From assembly GCA_964474705.1 (NCBI GenBank), contig CAYYUI010000004.1, forward strand, positions 7,373 through 71,372: 64,000 nt of DNA, given 5' to 3'. The DNA is from an uncultured bacterium (GTDB lineage Bacteria; Muiribacteriota; Ozemobacteria; Ozemobacterales; Ozemobacteraceae). The position numbers were made by a program, and so were the translations under genes. Positions 36,306 through 43,708 of the stretch are shown in pieces. Below the pieces are notes generated by a model. It made no database searches. It saw only the letters and a program-made list of their open reading frames with translations, and was not told the origin of the DNA. How positions within the stretch are numbered: position 1 is the stretch's first letter; every line of letters begins with the position of its first letter.

Positions 36306-38883
36306 AGCGCGGCGCTTTCCGATAGAAGACAGCCTGCCTGCAATAAAAATTGCACTGCAGGCCGGTAAAGATGTCATTCTCACTGCTGAACCAGGGGCCG
36401 GCAAGTCGACGATCGTGCCATTGGCCCTCAAAAGCGAAGCCTGGCTTGGAAAATCACGCATTCTGATGCTGCAGCCACGCCGGGTCGCTGCCGTAGCCAT
36501 TGCCCGCCGCATGGCCAGCCTCGACAATTCGGTGCCGGGGCGGGTAATCGGCCATAACGTGCGTTTCAGCAGTAATATCGGCCGCGACACCCGCATTGAA
36601 GTGCTTACCGAAGGCATTCTAACGCGGCGACTTCAGAAAGACCCGCTGCTCGAAAATGTCGGGCTCGTCATCTTCGATGAGTTTCATGAACGCAGCGTGC
36701 ACGCCGATCTCTGCCTCGCCCTGTGCCGCGAGATCAAGCGTGAAGTTCGCCCCGATCTGCGCATCATTGTCATGTCGGCCACCATCGACACCGAACTGAT
36801 CGAAAACTATCTCGATGAAGCCCTCACCATTGCCGGCAAGGGTTTTCTCTACCCGGTCGACGTGCAGTGGCGCCCGGTCGCCGGCGGCCGCGACCAGTTC
36901 TCTGCCGCGGCCGAAACAATCGCTGAGATCGTTTCGGCTTCAGATGCGAAAGAAGAATACCTGGTCTTTCTGCCCGGAGCCGGCGAAATAAAAACCGTAC
37001 AGCAGATTCTTGAGGGCAGATCAGCGACCGCCAGGCACAGGGTTCTCGCATTGCATGGCTCGATGAGCATCGAAGACCAGGAAGCCGCTCTGCAGCCAGC
37101 CAGCGTGCCGCGCATCATTCTCAGCACCAATATTGCTGAAACTTCACTGACTATAGATGGCATCACCACCGTGATCGATACCGGCTGGTGCCGCCGCCAG
37201 AATTTCGATGCCCAGACCGGCCTCGAAAAACTCGAAATGCAGCGCATCAGCAAAGCTTCGGCGAAACAGCGTGCCGGCCGCGCCGGGCGCCTGCGCCCTG
37301 GCCGCGCCATCAGATTCTGGAGCAAAGCTGAACACGAACAGCTTGCTGAAAATGAAGAACCGGAAATTGTCAGAACCGACCCGACCCCGACGATTCTCGA
37401 ACTTTTCACCTGGGGCTGCTCTGACCCGCATGCCTTCAAATGGCTGCAGAGCCCCGGCGAAGACAAAATCAGCCGGGCCATCGACCTGCTCCAGATGCTG
37501 CACGCCGTCGATTCAGGGCTGCATGTCACCCCGCTCGGCAGGCAGATATGCGAATTGCCGGTCGAACCCAGACTGGCGCGCATGCTTTTAACTGCCGCCG
37601 AAATGGGAGTTGCCCGGGCAGCAGCCATGGCCGTGGCATTGATCGCTGAAAAAGATATAATTCTCAGTGATTTTTCTGTTAATGATGGTCCGTCTGGCGG
37701 CAATGCCGCTGACCCCGACCTGGATCTTCGCCTGGAACTGCTTGAACCTGGCAATCGAAGCAGCAGTTACCGCATCGACCGTAACGCCGTCTGGCGAATC
37801 GAAAAGGCACAGAAGCAGCTTCTCGATCTGTTGAAACCTGAACAGCTCAAAGCCATTCCGGCAACGAAGGCAAACCCGCGCGACCTGCTGCACCGGGCGC
37901 TGCTGAGCGCTTTTCCCGACCGGGTCTGTATGCGGCGCGGCAGCCAGGGATCGACTGCCTATACAATCTGCAGCGGCCAGGGTCTGAGTCTAAGTTCGAA
38001 CGGGCTGCTGAAAAATCACGAATTCATTCTCGCTCTCAGAGTCGATGCGCGGCTGCGGGCCGCCACCAACGACGGGCGCATCTTTCTCGGCTGCGCCATC
38101 AACCCCGAATGGCTGAAAAATGGTGATGGCGCACCCTGCCAGTCGGCCCGCGAAATCTTTTTCAACACGCAGAATCAGAAACTGGCCGCCCGCGAACGCC
38201 TCTGGTATGGCAAACTGCTGCTTGCCGACCACGAAACGCAGATCAGGCCAGGCGACGCCGCCGAGGCCGGAAAAATACTTCTTCAGGCCGCTGCCAATGA
38301 TCTGAGCCGGGCAATGAATCTCGAAGACCCTGCCAACGCCGAATTTATGGGGCGCATCGCCCTGCTCAAACGCAGTGCCGCCGGCCGTGATTTCCCGGCT
38401 CTCGACCGTGACTGGCTGCTGCTGCAGATTGAAGAGATGGCCGAACATTGTCGCAGTTTCGCTGATCTGCAGAAACAGTCACTGGCGCAGCTGTATCTGC
38501 AGCAACTCCCCTGGAACCGCCGCGAACAGTTCGAAAAGCTGGTTCCGGAAAGATACGAAGTTCCTTCGGGCAGCAGCGTCAGAATTCAATACCAGGCCGA
38601 TGGTCCGCCGGTTCTGGCGGTAAAGATACAGGAACTCTTCGGTCTCGCCACCACCCCGGCCGTCTGCAACGGCGAACAGCCGATGCTGGTTCACCTGCTC
38701 TCGCCGGCCGGCCGGCCGGTGCAGATCACCGCCGACCTCGCCTCATTCTGGAAAACCGGCTACCGCCAGGTTGTCGGCGAGCTCAAAGGCCGTTACCCCA
38801 GGCACCCATGGCCCGACGAACCCGATAAAGCCACCCCTTTCAAAGGCACCAAAAAACAGCTCGAACGCCACCTGAAACAGTAG
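36271..38883 (+). CDS. hrpB: ATP-dependent RNA helicase HrpB
   Basis: AEPGAGKST, the DEFH box (VIFDEFHERS), SATID, TNIAETSLTIDG, QRAGRAGR and the HrpB C-terminal domain. The start overlaps the upstream gene by 35 nt and is uncertain. Confidence 0.9.
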   Translation: MPTSFKSTTGAEARRFPIEDSLPAIKIALQAGKDVILTAEPGAGKSTIVPLALKSEAWLGKSRILMLQPRRVAAVAIARRMASLDNSVPGRVIGHNVRFSSNIGRDTRIEVLTEGILTRRLQKDPLLENVGLVIFDEFHERSVHADLCLALCREIKREVRPDLRIIVMSATIDTELIENYLDEALTIAGKGFLYPVDVQWRPVAGGRDQFSAAAETIAEIVSASDAKEEYLVFLPGAGEIKTVQQILEGRSATARHRVLALHGSMSIEDQEAALQPASVPRIILSTNIAETSLTIDGITTVIDTGWCRRQNFDAQTGLEKLEMQRISKASAKQRAGRAGRLRPGRAIRFWSKAEHEQLAENEEPEIVRTDPTPTILELFTWGCSDPHAFKWLQSPGEDKISRAIDLLQMLHAVDSGLHVTPLGRQICELPVEPRLARMLLTAAEMGVARAAAMAVALIAEKDIILSDFSVNDGPSGGNAADPDLDLRLELLEPGNRSSSYRIDRNAVWRIEKAQKQLLDLLKPEQLKAIPATKANPRDLLHRALLSAFPDRVCMRRGSQGSTAYTICSGQGLSLSSNGLLKNHEFILALRVDARLRAATNDGRIFLGCAINPEWLKNGDGAPCQSAREIFFNTQNQKLAARERLWYGKLLLADHETQIRPGDAAEAGKILLQAAANDLSRAMNLEDPANAEFMGRIALLKRSAAGRDFPALDRDWLLLQIEEMAEHCRSFADLQKQSLAQLYLQQLPWNRREQFEKLVPERYEVPSGSSVRIQYQADGPPVLAVKIQELFGLATTPAVCNGEQPMLVHLLSPAGRPVQITADLASFWKTGYRQVVGELKGRYPRHPWPDEPDKATPFKGTKKQLERHLKQ

Positions 38884-38904
38884 CCGTTCTGCAGCGTATC
38901 ATTT

Positions 38905-39010
38905 ATCTTGATCGTGTTCGTAATCGTAGTCTTGCAGCGTGCGATCAGCTCAGAACTGGCTTATGTATTCGAAATACGACTTCAGGGCGTTACCCTTCGC
39001 AATGACAGCG
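38905..39010. repeat. short copy of the composite non-coding repeat family
   Basis: TTCGTAATCGTAGTC (38917-38931) and CGAAATACGACT..CGTTACCCTTCGCAATGACAG (to 39008) parallel modules of the 16.1-kb and 43.4-kb elements. Confidence 0.4.
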
Positions 39011-39019
39011 CCAAACCCG

Positions 39020-40252
39020 TCAGCCTTTTATGACGCCGAGCGGGCGCAATTTTACGACCGGTTCGACAAGGTCTCGCTGGCTGGCCATGACGGTATCGAT
39101 ATCTTTGTAGGCCTGTGGCGCCTCACCGAAGTCGAAAGTTTCGCCCTTCTTTTTGCCGTACCCGCGAGCTTTTTGCCAGCGATCGAAGACGATGCCTTCC
39201 ATAGCGCGATTACATTCTTCGAGCGTCAGGTTGCGACTGGCCTCTTTGCGGCCCATACGGCGCCCGGCGCCATGCGAACAGGAAGTGAACGACTCAGGGT
39301 TACCGAGTCCACGCACGATATAAGAGAAAGCGCCCATGCTTCCCGGAATGATGCCAAGCTGGTCTTTGCGCGCCGAGGTCGCCCCTTTGCGATGTACCCA
39401 GAAGTTGCGGCCAAAATGATTCTCGAGGGCCGCGTAGTTGTGATGAATGTTGATCTCTTCGATAAATCCGATTCCAGGAAACAGCTCCAGCATCACTTTC
39501 TTGAAGGCGGCCATCATGCGGGCACGGTTTTCAAGAGCATAGCGCAGGGCAAAATTCATGTCGCGAATGTAATTGCGGCCTTCATCGGCATCAGAAGGCA
39601 GAAATGCCAGATCGCGGTTCGGTATGCCGGCGTGCCATTTCTCGTTGAGCGCGAAAGCCAGTTTGTGATAATGGGCGGCGATGCGATAACCCAGATTGCG
39701 CGAACCTGAATGCAGCATCATCCAGACCAGGCCATCTTCGTCGGCCTGCAGTTCGATAAAGTGGTTGCCACCACCCAGGGTGCCCAGATTTTTGCGGTCA
39801 TGGTTCAGATGATCGCGGTCGAACCAGTCTGGCATTTTGTCGCCAAGCTCGGCTTCGTAGGCGGCAAAGCCTTCCCATTCCTGGGCAAAACGATGGCTGT
39901 TGCCTTCGCCAACCGGAACCAGCTTTTTCACCCCGGCAAGAATTGCCCTGATCTGCTCTTTATCGCCAAGCTCGTCGACCATGATGCTGGTTTTCACCGC
40001 ACCCATGCCGCATCCGATATCGACGCCAACCGCATTCGGAATAACCGATTCACGGCAGGCAATTACCCCGCCGATCGGCATGCCGTAACCGACATGGCAG
40101 TCTGGCATAAGAGCCACATGCAGATCGACTGACGGGTGCGAAGCCAGATCGGCTGCCTGTTTCAGAGCATCCGGCTCCAGTTCGGCACACCATGATTTGA
40201 TCGCTATACGCGCATCTGGTGAGATGCTTTTTTTATCTTTTATCCATTCCAT
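39020..40252 (-). CDS. rtcB: RNA-splicing ligase RtcB
   Basis: MPDCHVGYGMPIGGV, GVDIGCGM, GGGNHFIE, GSRNLG and SCSHGAGR motifs. Confidence 0.95.
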   Translation of the reverse strand: MEWIKDKKSISPDARIAIKSWCAELEPDALKQAADLASHPSVDLHVALMPDCHVGYGMPIGGVIACRESVIPNAVGVDIGCGMGAVKTSIMVDELGDKEQIRAILAGVKKLVPVGEGNSHRFAQEWEGFAAYEAELGDKMPDWFDRDHLNHDRKNLGTLGGGNHFIELQADEDGLVWMMLHSGSRNLGYRIAAHYHKLAFALNEKWHAGIPNRDLAFLPSDADEGRNYIRDMNFALRYALENRARMMAAFKKVMLELFPGIGFIEEINIHHNYAALENHFGRNFWVHRKGATSARKDQLGIIPGSMGAFSYIVRGLGNPESFTSCSHGAGRRMGRKEASRNLTLEECNRAMEGIVFDRWQKARGYGKKKGETFDFGEAPQAYKDIDTVMASQRDLVEPVVKLRPLGVIKG

Positions 40253-40454
40253 AACAAGCCTCCCGGCTCTGTTTTTTTGAAGCAGGCCTGCATCGAATGC
40301 TGCAGCCCGCGCGTTTTTGGCAATTGTCGGTCACTCTCCTGCCGACAAGGCAATATTTGAACCCTGCCAATACAAAATAGAATCGATTCGACAACCCTTC
40401 GTCTCTCCGGGTGCAGTTATCAATAACCGTTGATCGCTCTACAAGCAGTTTTTG

Positions 40455-41480
40455 TCAGCCCTGCAAAGAAGACAGTTCGATTTTCCAGAGCTGTTCATCC
40501 AGTCTGGTGATTGAAAAATCGACCGGCAGAAAAAGTTTGATTACCTGCAGATTGGTCTTGGTATGCAGTGAAGGTTCGGTTGTCGTGAAACTGCCACCTC
40601 CGGCAAGTGCCATCGGAATCAGTATCTGGTCAGCAAGATACTCATCCACCGCCGCCTGCGATTTTACGAAGCGGTTGGCGCCAACACTGGCAATATGAGC
40701 CACCTTGCGGCGCGACACGCCCAGTTCGCCAAAGCCGGTGAACATGACCGAACCGTGCTGAAAGTCAACTCTGACCATCGCCACATTTCCCGGCCCGACG
40801 GAATCGACGGTAATCGCCCGCCTCCTGCTGACCGGAAACCTTACCGACTTCACGATCGCCAGGCTTTCGTCTTCGGCGATTTCCCAGGGAATCTTCGACA
40901 CGGCCGCCAGAACTTCGGCTCCGAGCATGTCTCCTGATCGGCACAGGTCGAGGCGGTTCGGTTTGCCGAAAGGCACTACTTTGACCTCGACCCGGCCGCC
41001 ACCGGCCGGATAAAAGCCCCAGGTTTTCAATTCAGCAGAACATTGGCCGCCAAATCTGTTAACCATAGGCAGAAAAACTTCGGAAATATAATGAAAGGTC
41101 GGCGACAGAGGGTTATGAGTGCCACCTTCAAGAACTACAGTCGAAGAAGCAGGTGCCATCAGCAGCGGCGGCAGAACCGTCTGCAGCACCAGCATGGCGC
41201 TGCCGGCACTGCCAACCGCGAAATGGTAGTCATCGTCTTGAACGAAGCCAGGCTTGAATACCAGATGTTGCGAAGAGATATCATCGCCACTGATCTCTGC
41301 CGAGCAGATTTCACGGGCAGCATGCACACAAGTGAGATGCTGCCGCATCAACCCTGGTTTCCTGCGTTTCGATCTGATGTTTTCGATGGTAAATGCCTTG
41401 CCGGTGCAGACAGACAATGCCAGTGCCGTGCGCAATACCTGGCCGCCACCTTCCCCCATCGACCCGTCGATTCTGATCAT
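40455..41480 (-). CDS. rtcA: RNA 3'-terminal phosphate cyclase RtcA
   Basis: IDGSMGEGGGQVLRTALALS..RKPGLMRQHL and the overall length (341 aa). Confidence 0.92.
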   Translation of the reverse strand: MIRIDGSMGEGGGQVLRTALALSVCTGKAFTIENIRSKRRKPGLMRQHLTCVHAAREICSAEISGDDISSQHLVFKPGFVQDDDYHFAVGSAGSAMLVLQTVLPPLLMAPASSTVVLEGGTHNPLSPTFHYISEVFLPMVNRFGGQCSAELKTWGFYPAGGGRVEVKVVPFGKPNRLDLCRSGDMLGAEVLAAVSKIPWEIAEDESLAIVKSVRFPVSRRRAITVDSVGPGNVAMVRVDFQHGSVMFTGFGELGVSRRKVAHIASVGANRFVKSQAAVDEYLADQILIPMALAGGGSFTTTEPSLHTKTNLQVIKLFLPVDFSITRLDEQLWKIELSSLQG

Positions 41481-41555
41481 TTTAATGCTCCATTATTCTC
41501 TATTTGAATTTTACCTTGCCTCAGCATTCTTGAACACTGGCAAAACAGATCCTGA

Positions 41556-42653
41556 TCAGAGCATGTTGACAAGCTTTTCAGTCAGGCCCTTTTCGCCGAG
41601 AACCAGTTTGAGGGTAGATTTTTCGGCAACTTTTTCAATGAGTTCAAGTTCACGCAGGCGCATCAAAGTCGGGTTGCCTTCGAGCATTCTGGCGGTATTG
41701 CACTGACTTCTGGTCGCGGCGGTTTCTTCACGTCTGATGATCTGGTTTGCTTCGGCTTCTTTCTGCGCAGCGACGACCCGGTTCATGATTTCTCGCATCT
41801 TGCCAGGCAGAATAATATCTTTGATACCGAAACCGCATACTTCGATGCCGTAGTTTTGTGCCTTAGCTTTCAGAGCAGCCGAAATTTCTTCAGCGAGCTG
41901 ATCCTTGGCAGCCAACATTTCATCGATCTTGCGGGCCCCGACAACGGTGCGCATGATCAACTGACATTCGCGATACAGAGCTGTTTCTGCCGCTTCACAG
42001 ACTGAGACTGATTTCAGAGCATCGACGATCCTGAAATTAGCAACCGCATTCAGGCGCAGGCTGACTTTGTCGGCAGTGATGATTTCCTGGCCCGAAAGAT
42101 CGAGAACCTTCTCCTTTTTACTGACGGTAACGAACTTCAGAGCCGAAATATTTTTCCAGAAAGCATAGAACCCGGGCTGTAATTCTTCGACGAATCTGCC
42201 GTCTCTGAAATACACACAGGTTTCACCCTGTTCGACCTGAACGGCTTCGAGAAGCTCTTTGGCAATCGGCGCTTTGCCGATCCTGAAGAGCTGGCGGTGT
42301 TCAAAACGCGGGTCTTCGACAGTCAATTCTTCGACACGCACATTTTTCTGAGTCTTCCAGATCAGCTGCCGGCCGACCCCAAGAAGAGTGTAGAAACGAT
42401 CGTCGAGCCAGACAATCGCGCGCTGGCTGTCTTTAAGATCGACAACGACGACACGGTCGTTCAGCAGGCCGGAACTGGCAATCTGGTCGATTTCTTCATG
42501 CCAGACGAACAGGTCTTTCTCACGCAGAACATCGATGGTTTCGCCGACAATGGTTCTGGCGAGATACCAGCCGGGTTTGAGAACTTCGATGAGCTTGCCG
42601 TTTCTGAAGCGCAAACCGGTTTCTGCATTCTTAACCCTGACGATTCTGATCAT
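41556..42653 (-). CDS. SPFH/band-7 (slipin-like) protein with duplicated N-terminal lead-in and no obvious TM helix
   Basis: AAGGAG RBS before the ATG at 42653. The SPFH core is ..ITADKVSLRLNAVANFRIVD..IKDIILPGKMREIMNRVVAAQKEAEA. The track ORF start at 42785 has no RBS. Confidence 0.85.
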   Translation of the reverse strand: MIRIVRVKNAETGLRFRNGKLIEVLKPGWYLARTIVGETIDVLREKDLFVWHEEIDQIASSGLLNDRVVVVDLKDSQRAIVWLDDRFYTLLGVGRQLIWKTQKNVRVEELTVEDPRFEHRQLFRIGKAPIAKELLEAVQVEQGETCVYFRDGRFVEELQPGFYAFWKNISALKFVTVSKKEKVLDLSGQEIITADKVSLRLNAVANFRIVDALKSVSVCEAAETALYRECQLIMRTVVGARKIDEMLAAKDQLAEEISAALKAKAQNYGIEVCGFGIKDIILPGKMREIMNRVVAAQKEAEANQIIRREETAATRSQCNTARMLEGNPTLMRLRELELIEKVAEKSTLKLVLGEKGLTEKLVNML

Positions 42654-43006
42654 ATTTATCTCCTTTTCAACCGCTGCGCGGCTGCTGAATTTCAGTGCCC
42701 TCGGAACATCCGGTTCATCTGCCAGTCGGGCAACGATGGAGTCAGCTTGAGTCAGATGCGTTCCCCGTTGCCTTCTCTCCTGCATCTGCTGGAAAGATGC
42801 CTGCGGGGCCCGGCAATCTGACGGTATCTGCTGCCTGCATGATCGCTGCTGCGACTACCCGATTCAACCGATCATTCAATGTCTCCGCCGGCCCGGAATC
42901 CCCTGGATTCCTGCTGCTGCGGCTGCGTCGTCTCTACGGACCGGCCGGCTCAGGCCCGGCACCTTACCCGGTGTTCTTCAGGCTAAGACTGCTTTGTTAA
43001 GCAGTG

Positions 43007-43079
43007 AGGCTGGAACAGGATTCGAACCTGCTACTCATGGCTGACAAGGCCATTGCTCTACCATATGAGCTATCCAGGT
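43007..43079 (-). ncRNA. tRNA-Thr(UGU)-shaped element with defective acceptor end (tRNA mimic or pseudo-tRNA)
   Basis: The reverse strand folds as ACCTGGA-TA-GCTC-ATATGGTA-GAGC-A-ATGGC-CTTGTCA-GCCAT-GAGTA-GCAGG-TTCGAAT-CCTGT-TCCAGCC-T. U8, A14, G18G19, A21, the TTCGAAT T-loop and all D, anticodon and T stems are intact. But 1:72 is A/C, 2:71 is C/C, position 37 is C, and no CCA is encoded. Confidence 0.6.
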
Positions 43080-43167
43080 GTCTGTATCGCCTTCAAAGCA
43101 GGCCCGGCATACCCTTTGCCCACGGGCGGGCACCGACCTGGTCGAATCAACAGACATCTATGTATAT

Positions 43168-43183
43168 TGCAACGACCATGCCA
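43168..43183 (-). promoter_or_regulatory. sigma54 (-24/-12) promoter of the rtc operon
   Basis: The reverse strand reads TGGCAT-GGTCG-TTGCA with consensus spacing. The predicted start near 43157 is about 78 nt upstream of the tRNA-like element and about 500 nt upstream of the SPFH start codon. Confidence 0.7.
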
Positions 43184-43302
43184 ACCTTGAAAAAACAGCA
43201 AAAACTGCATCAGCAAACGATCACAGCCCAACCTCTCGAAATTTTTGCCCGAATAATTTATATTGTTTATTATATTTTATATACTATAATATACTTTAGT
43301 GA

Positions 43303-43359
43303 CGACTGCCGCGTCGTTCCGCTTCGCTGACGCTACGCAGAACTCCTCGCAGTGACAGG
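43303..43359. repeat. 57-nt direct repeat, copy A
   Basis: CGACTGCCGCGTCGTTCCGCTTCGCTGACGCTACGCAGAACTCCTCGCAGTGACAGG. It matches copy B at 55 of 57 positions. Confidence 0.9.
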
Positions 43360-43418
43360 GGTGGCAGATACTTATCTATCTCGCTCGTGGTCATGCTATT
43401 TGTGGTAGTGGTAATCGC

Positions 43419-43448
43419 GGTCGTGGTCGTGGTCGTGGTCGTGGTCGT
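43419..43448. repeat. tandem hexamer (GGTCGT)x5
   Basis: Read directly from the sequence. It is preceded by the degenerate units GGTAGT and GGTAAT. Confidence 0.9.
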
Positions 43449-43471
43449 TGTCGAACCCTGAACCGACAACG
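43446..43471. repeat. hairpin CGTTGTCG-AACCCTGAAC-CGACAACG
   Basis: Perfect 8-bp stem that extends imperfectly outward. The CGTTGTC/GACAACG stem sequence also occurs at 16086-16118. Confidence 0.8.
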
Positions 43472-43550
43472 ACTATCACCATGCTACGCCTGGCTGAAAA
43501 CGAAAGTATGCATGAATCAGATGGTGTCTGATACGAAATATTTGTCATAG

Positions 43551-43607
43551 CGACTGCCACGTCGTTCCGCTTCGCTGACGCTACGCAGAACTCCCCGCAG
43601 TGACAGG
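43551..43607. repeat. 57-nt direct repeat, copy B
   Basis: CGACTGCCACGTCGTTCCGCTTCGCTGACGCTACGCAGAACTCCCCGCAGTGACAGG. Confidence 0.9.
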
Positions 43608-43708
43608 ACTGGCATGTCGTCTGAGCAAATGGCTATTCTCAGCAGCGTTTAATCATCTCGCACAGGCTGGCAGATTCGAGCGAGGTGAGACTGACAGGAG
43701 ACAGGCAT

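Noticed and set aside
40351-40371. Sigma54-like TGGCAG .. TTGC on the reverse strand in the rtcA-rtcB spacer
   Set aside because: The GG-to-GC spacing is 5 nt longer than the -24/-12 consensus.
40355-40372. GGTTCAAAT as the T-arm of a second tRNA-like or Y RNA module
   Set aside because: The flanking bases give a 5-bp stem with a 10-nt loop, not a 7-nt T-loop. No matching D-arm or acceptor pairing was found.
43007-43079. Calling this a functional tRNA-Thr(UGU) gene
   Set aside because: The cloverleaf body is canonical. However, the two terminal acceptor pairs are A/C and C/C mismatches, position 37 is C, and no CCA is encoded. I therefore list it as a tRNA-like ncRNA or pseudo-tRNA rather than a tRNA. 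A covariance-model score could overturn this.
42951-43109. 11-nt direct repeat CAGGCCCGGCA (42951-42961 and 43099-43109) flanking the tRNA-like element, as possible att sites
   Set aside because: Hundreds of exact 11-mer pairs are expected by chance in 64 kb. No integrase or other mobile-element gene is nearby. It is suggestive only because of the local placement.
43419-43448. (GGTCGT)x5, and the Thr/Ser-coding repeats at 47427-47685, as CRISPR arrays
   Set aside because: The units are 6-15 nt with no spacers. The second set lies inside a coding region. No cas genes are present.
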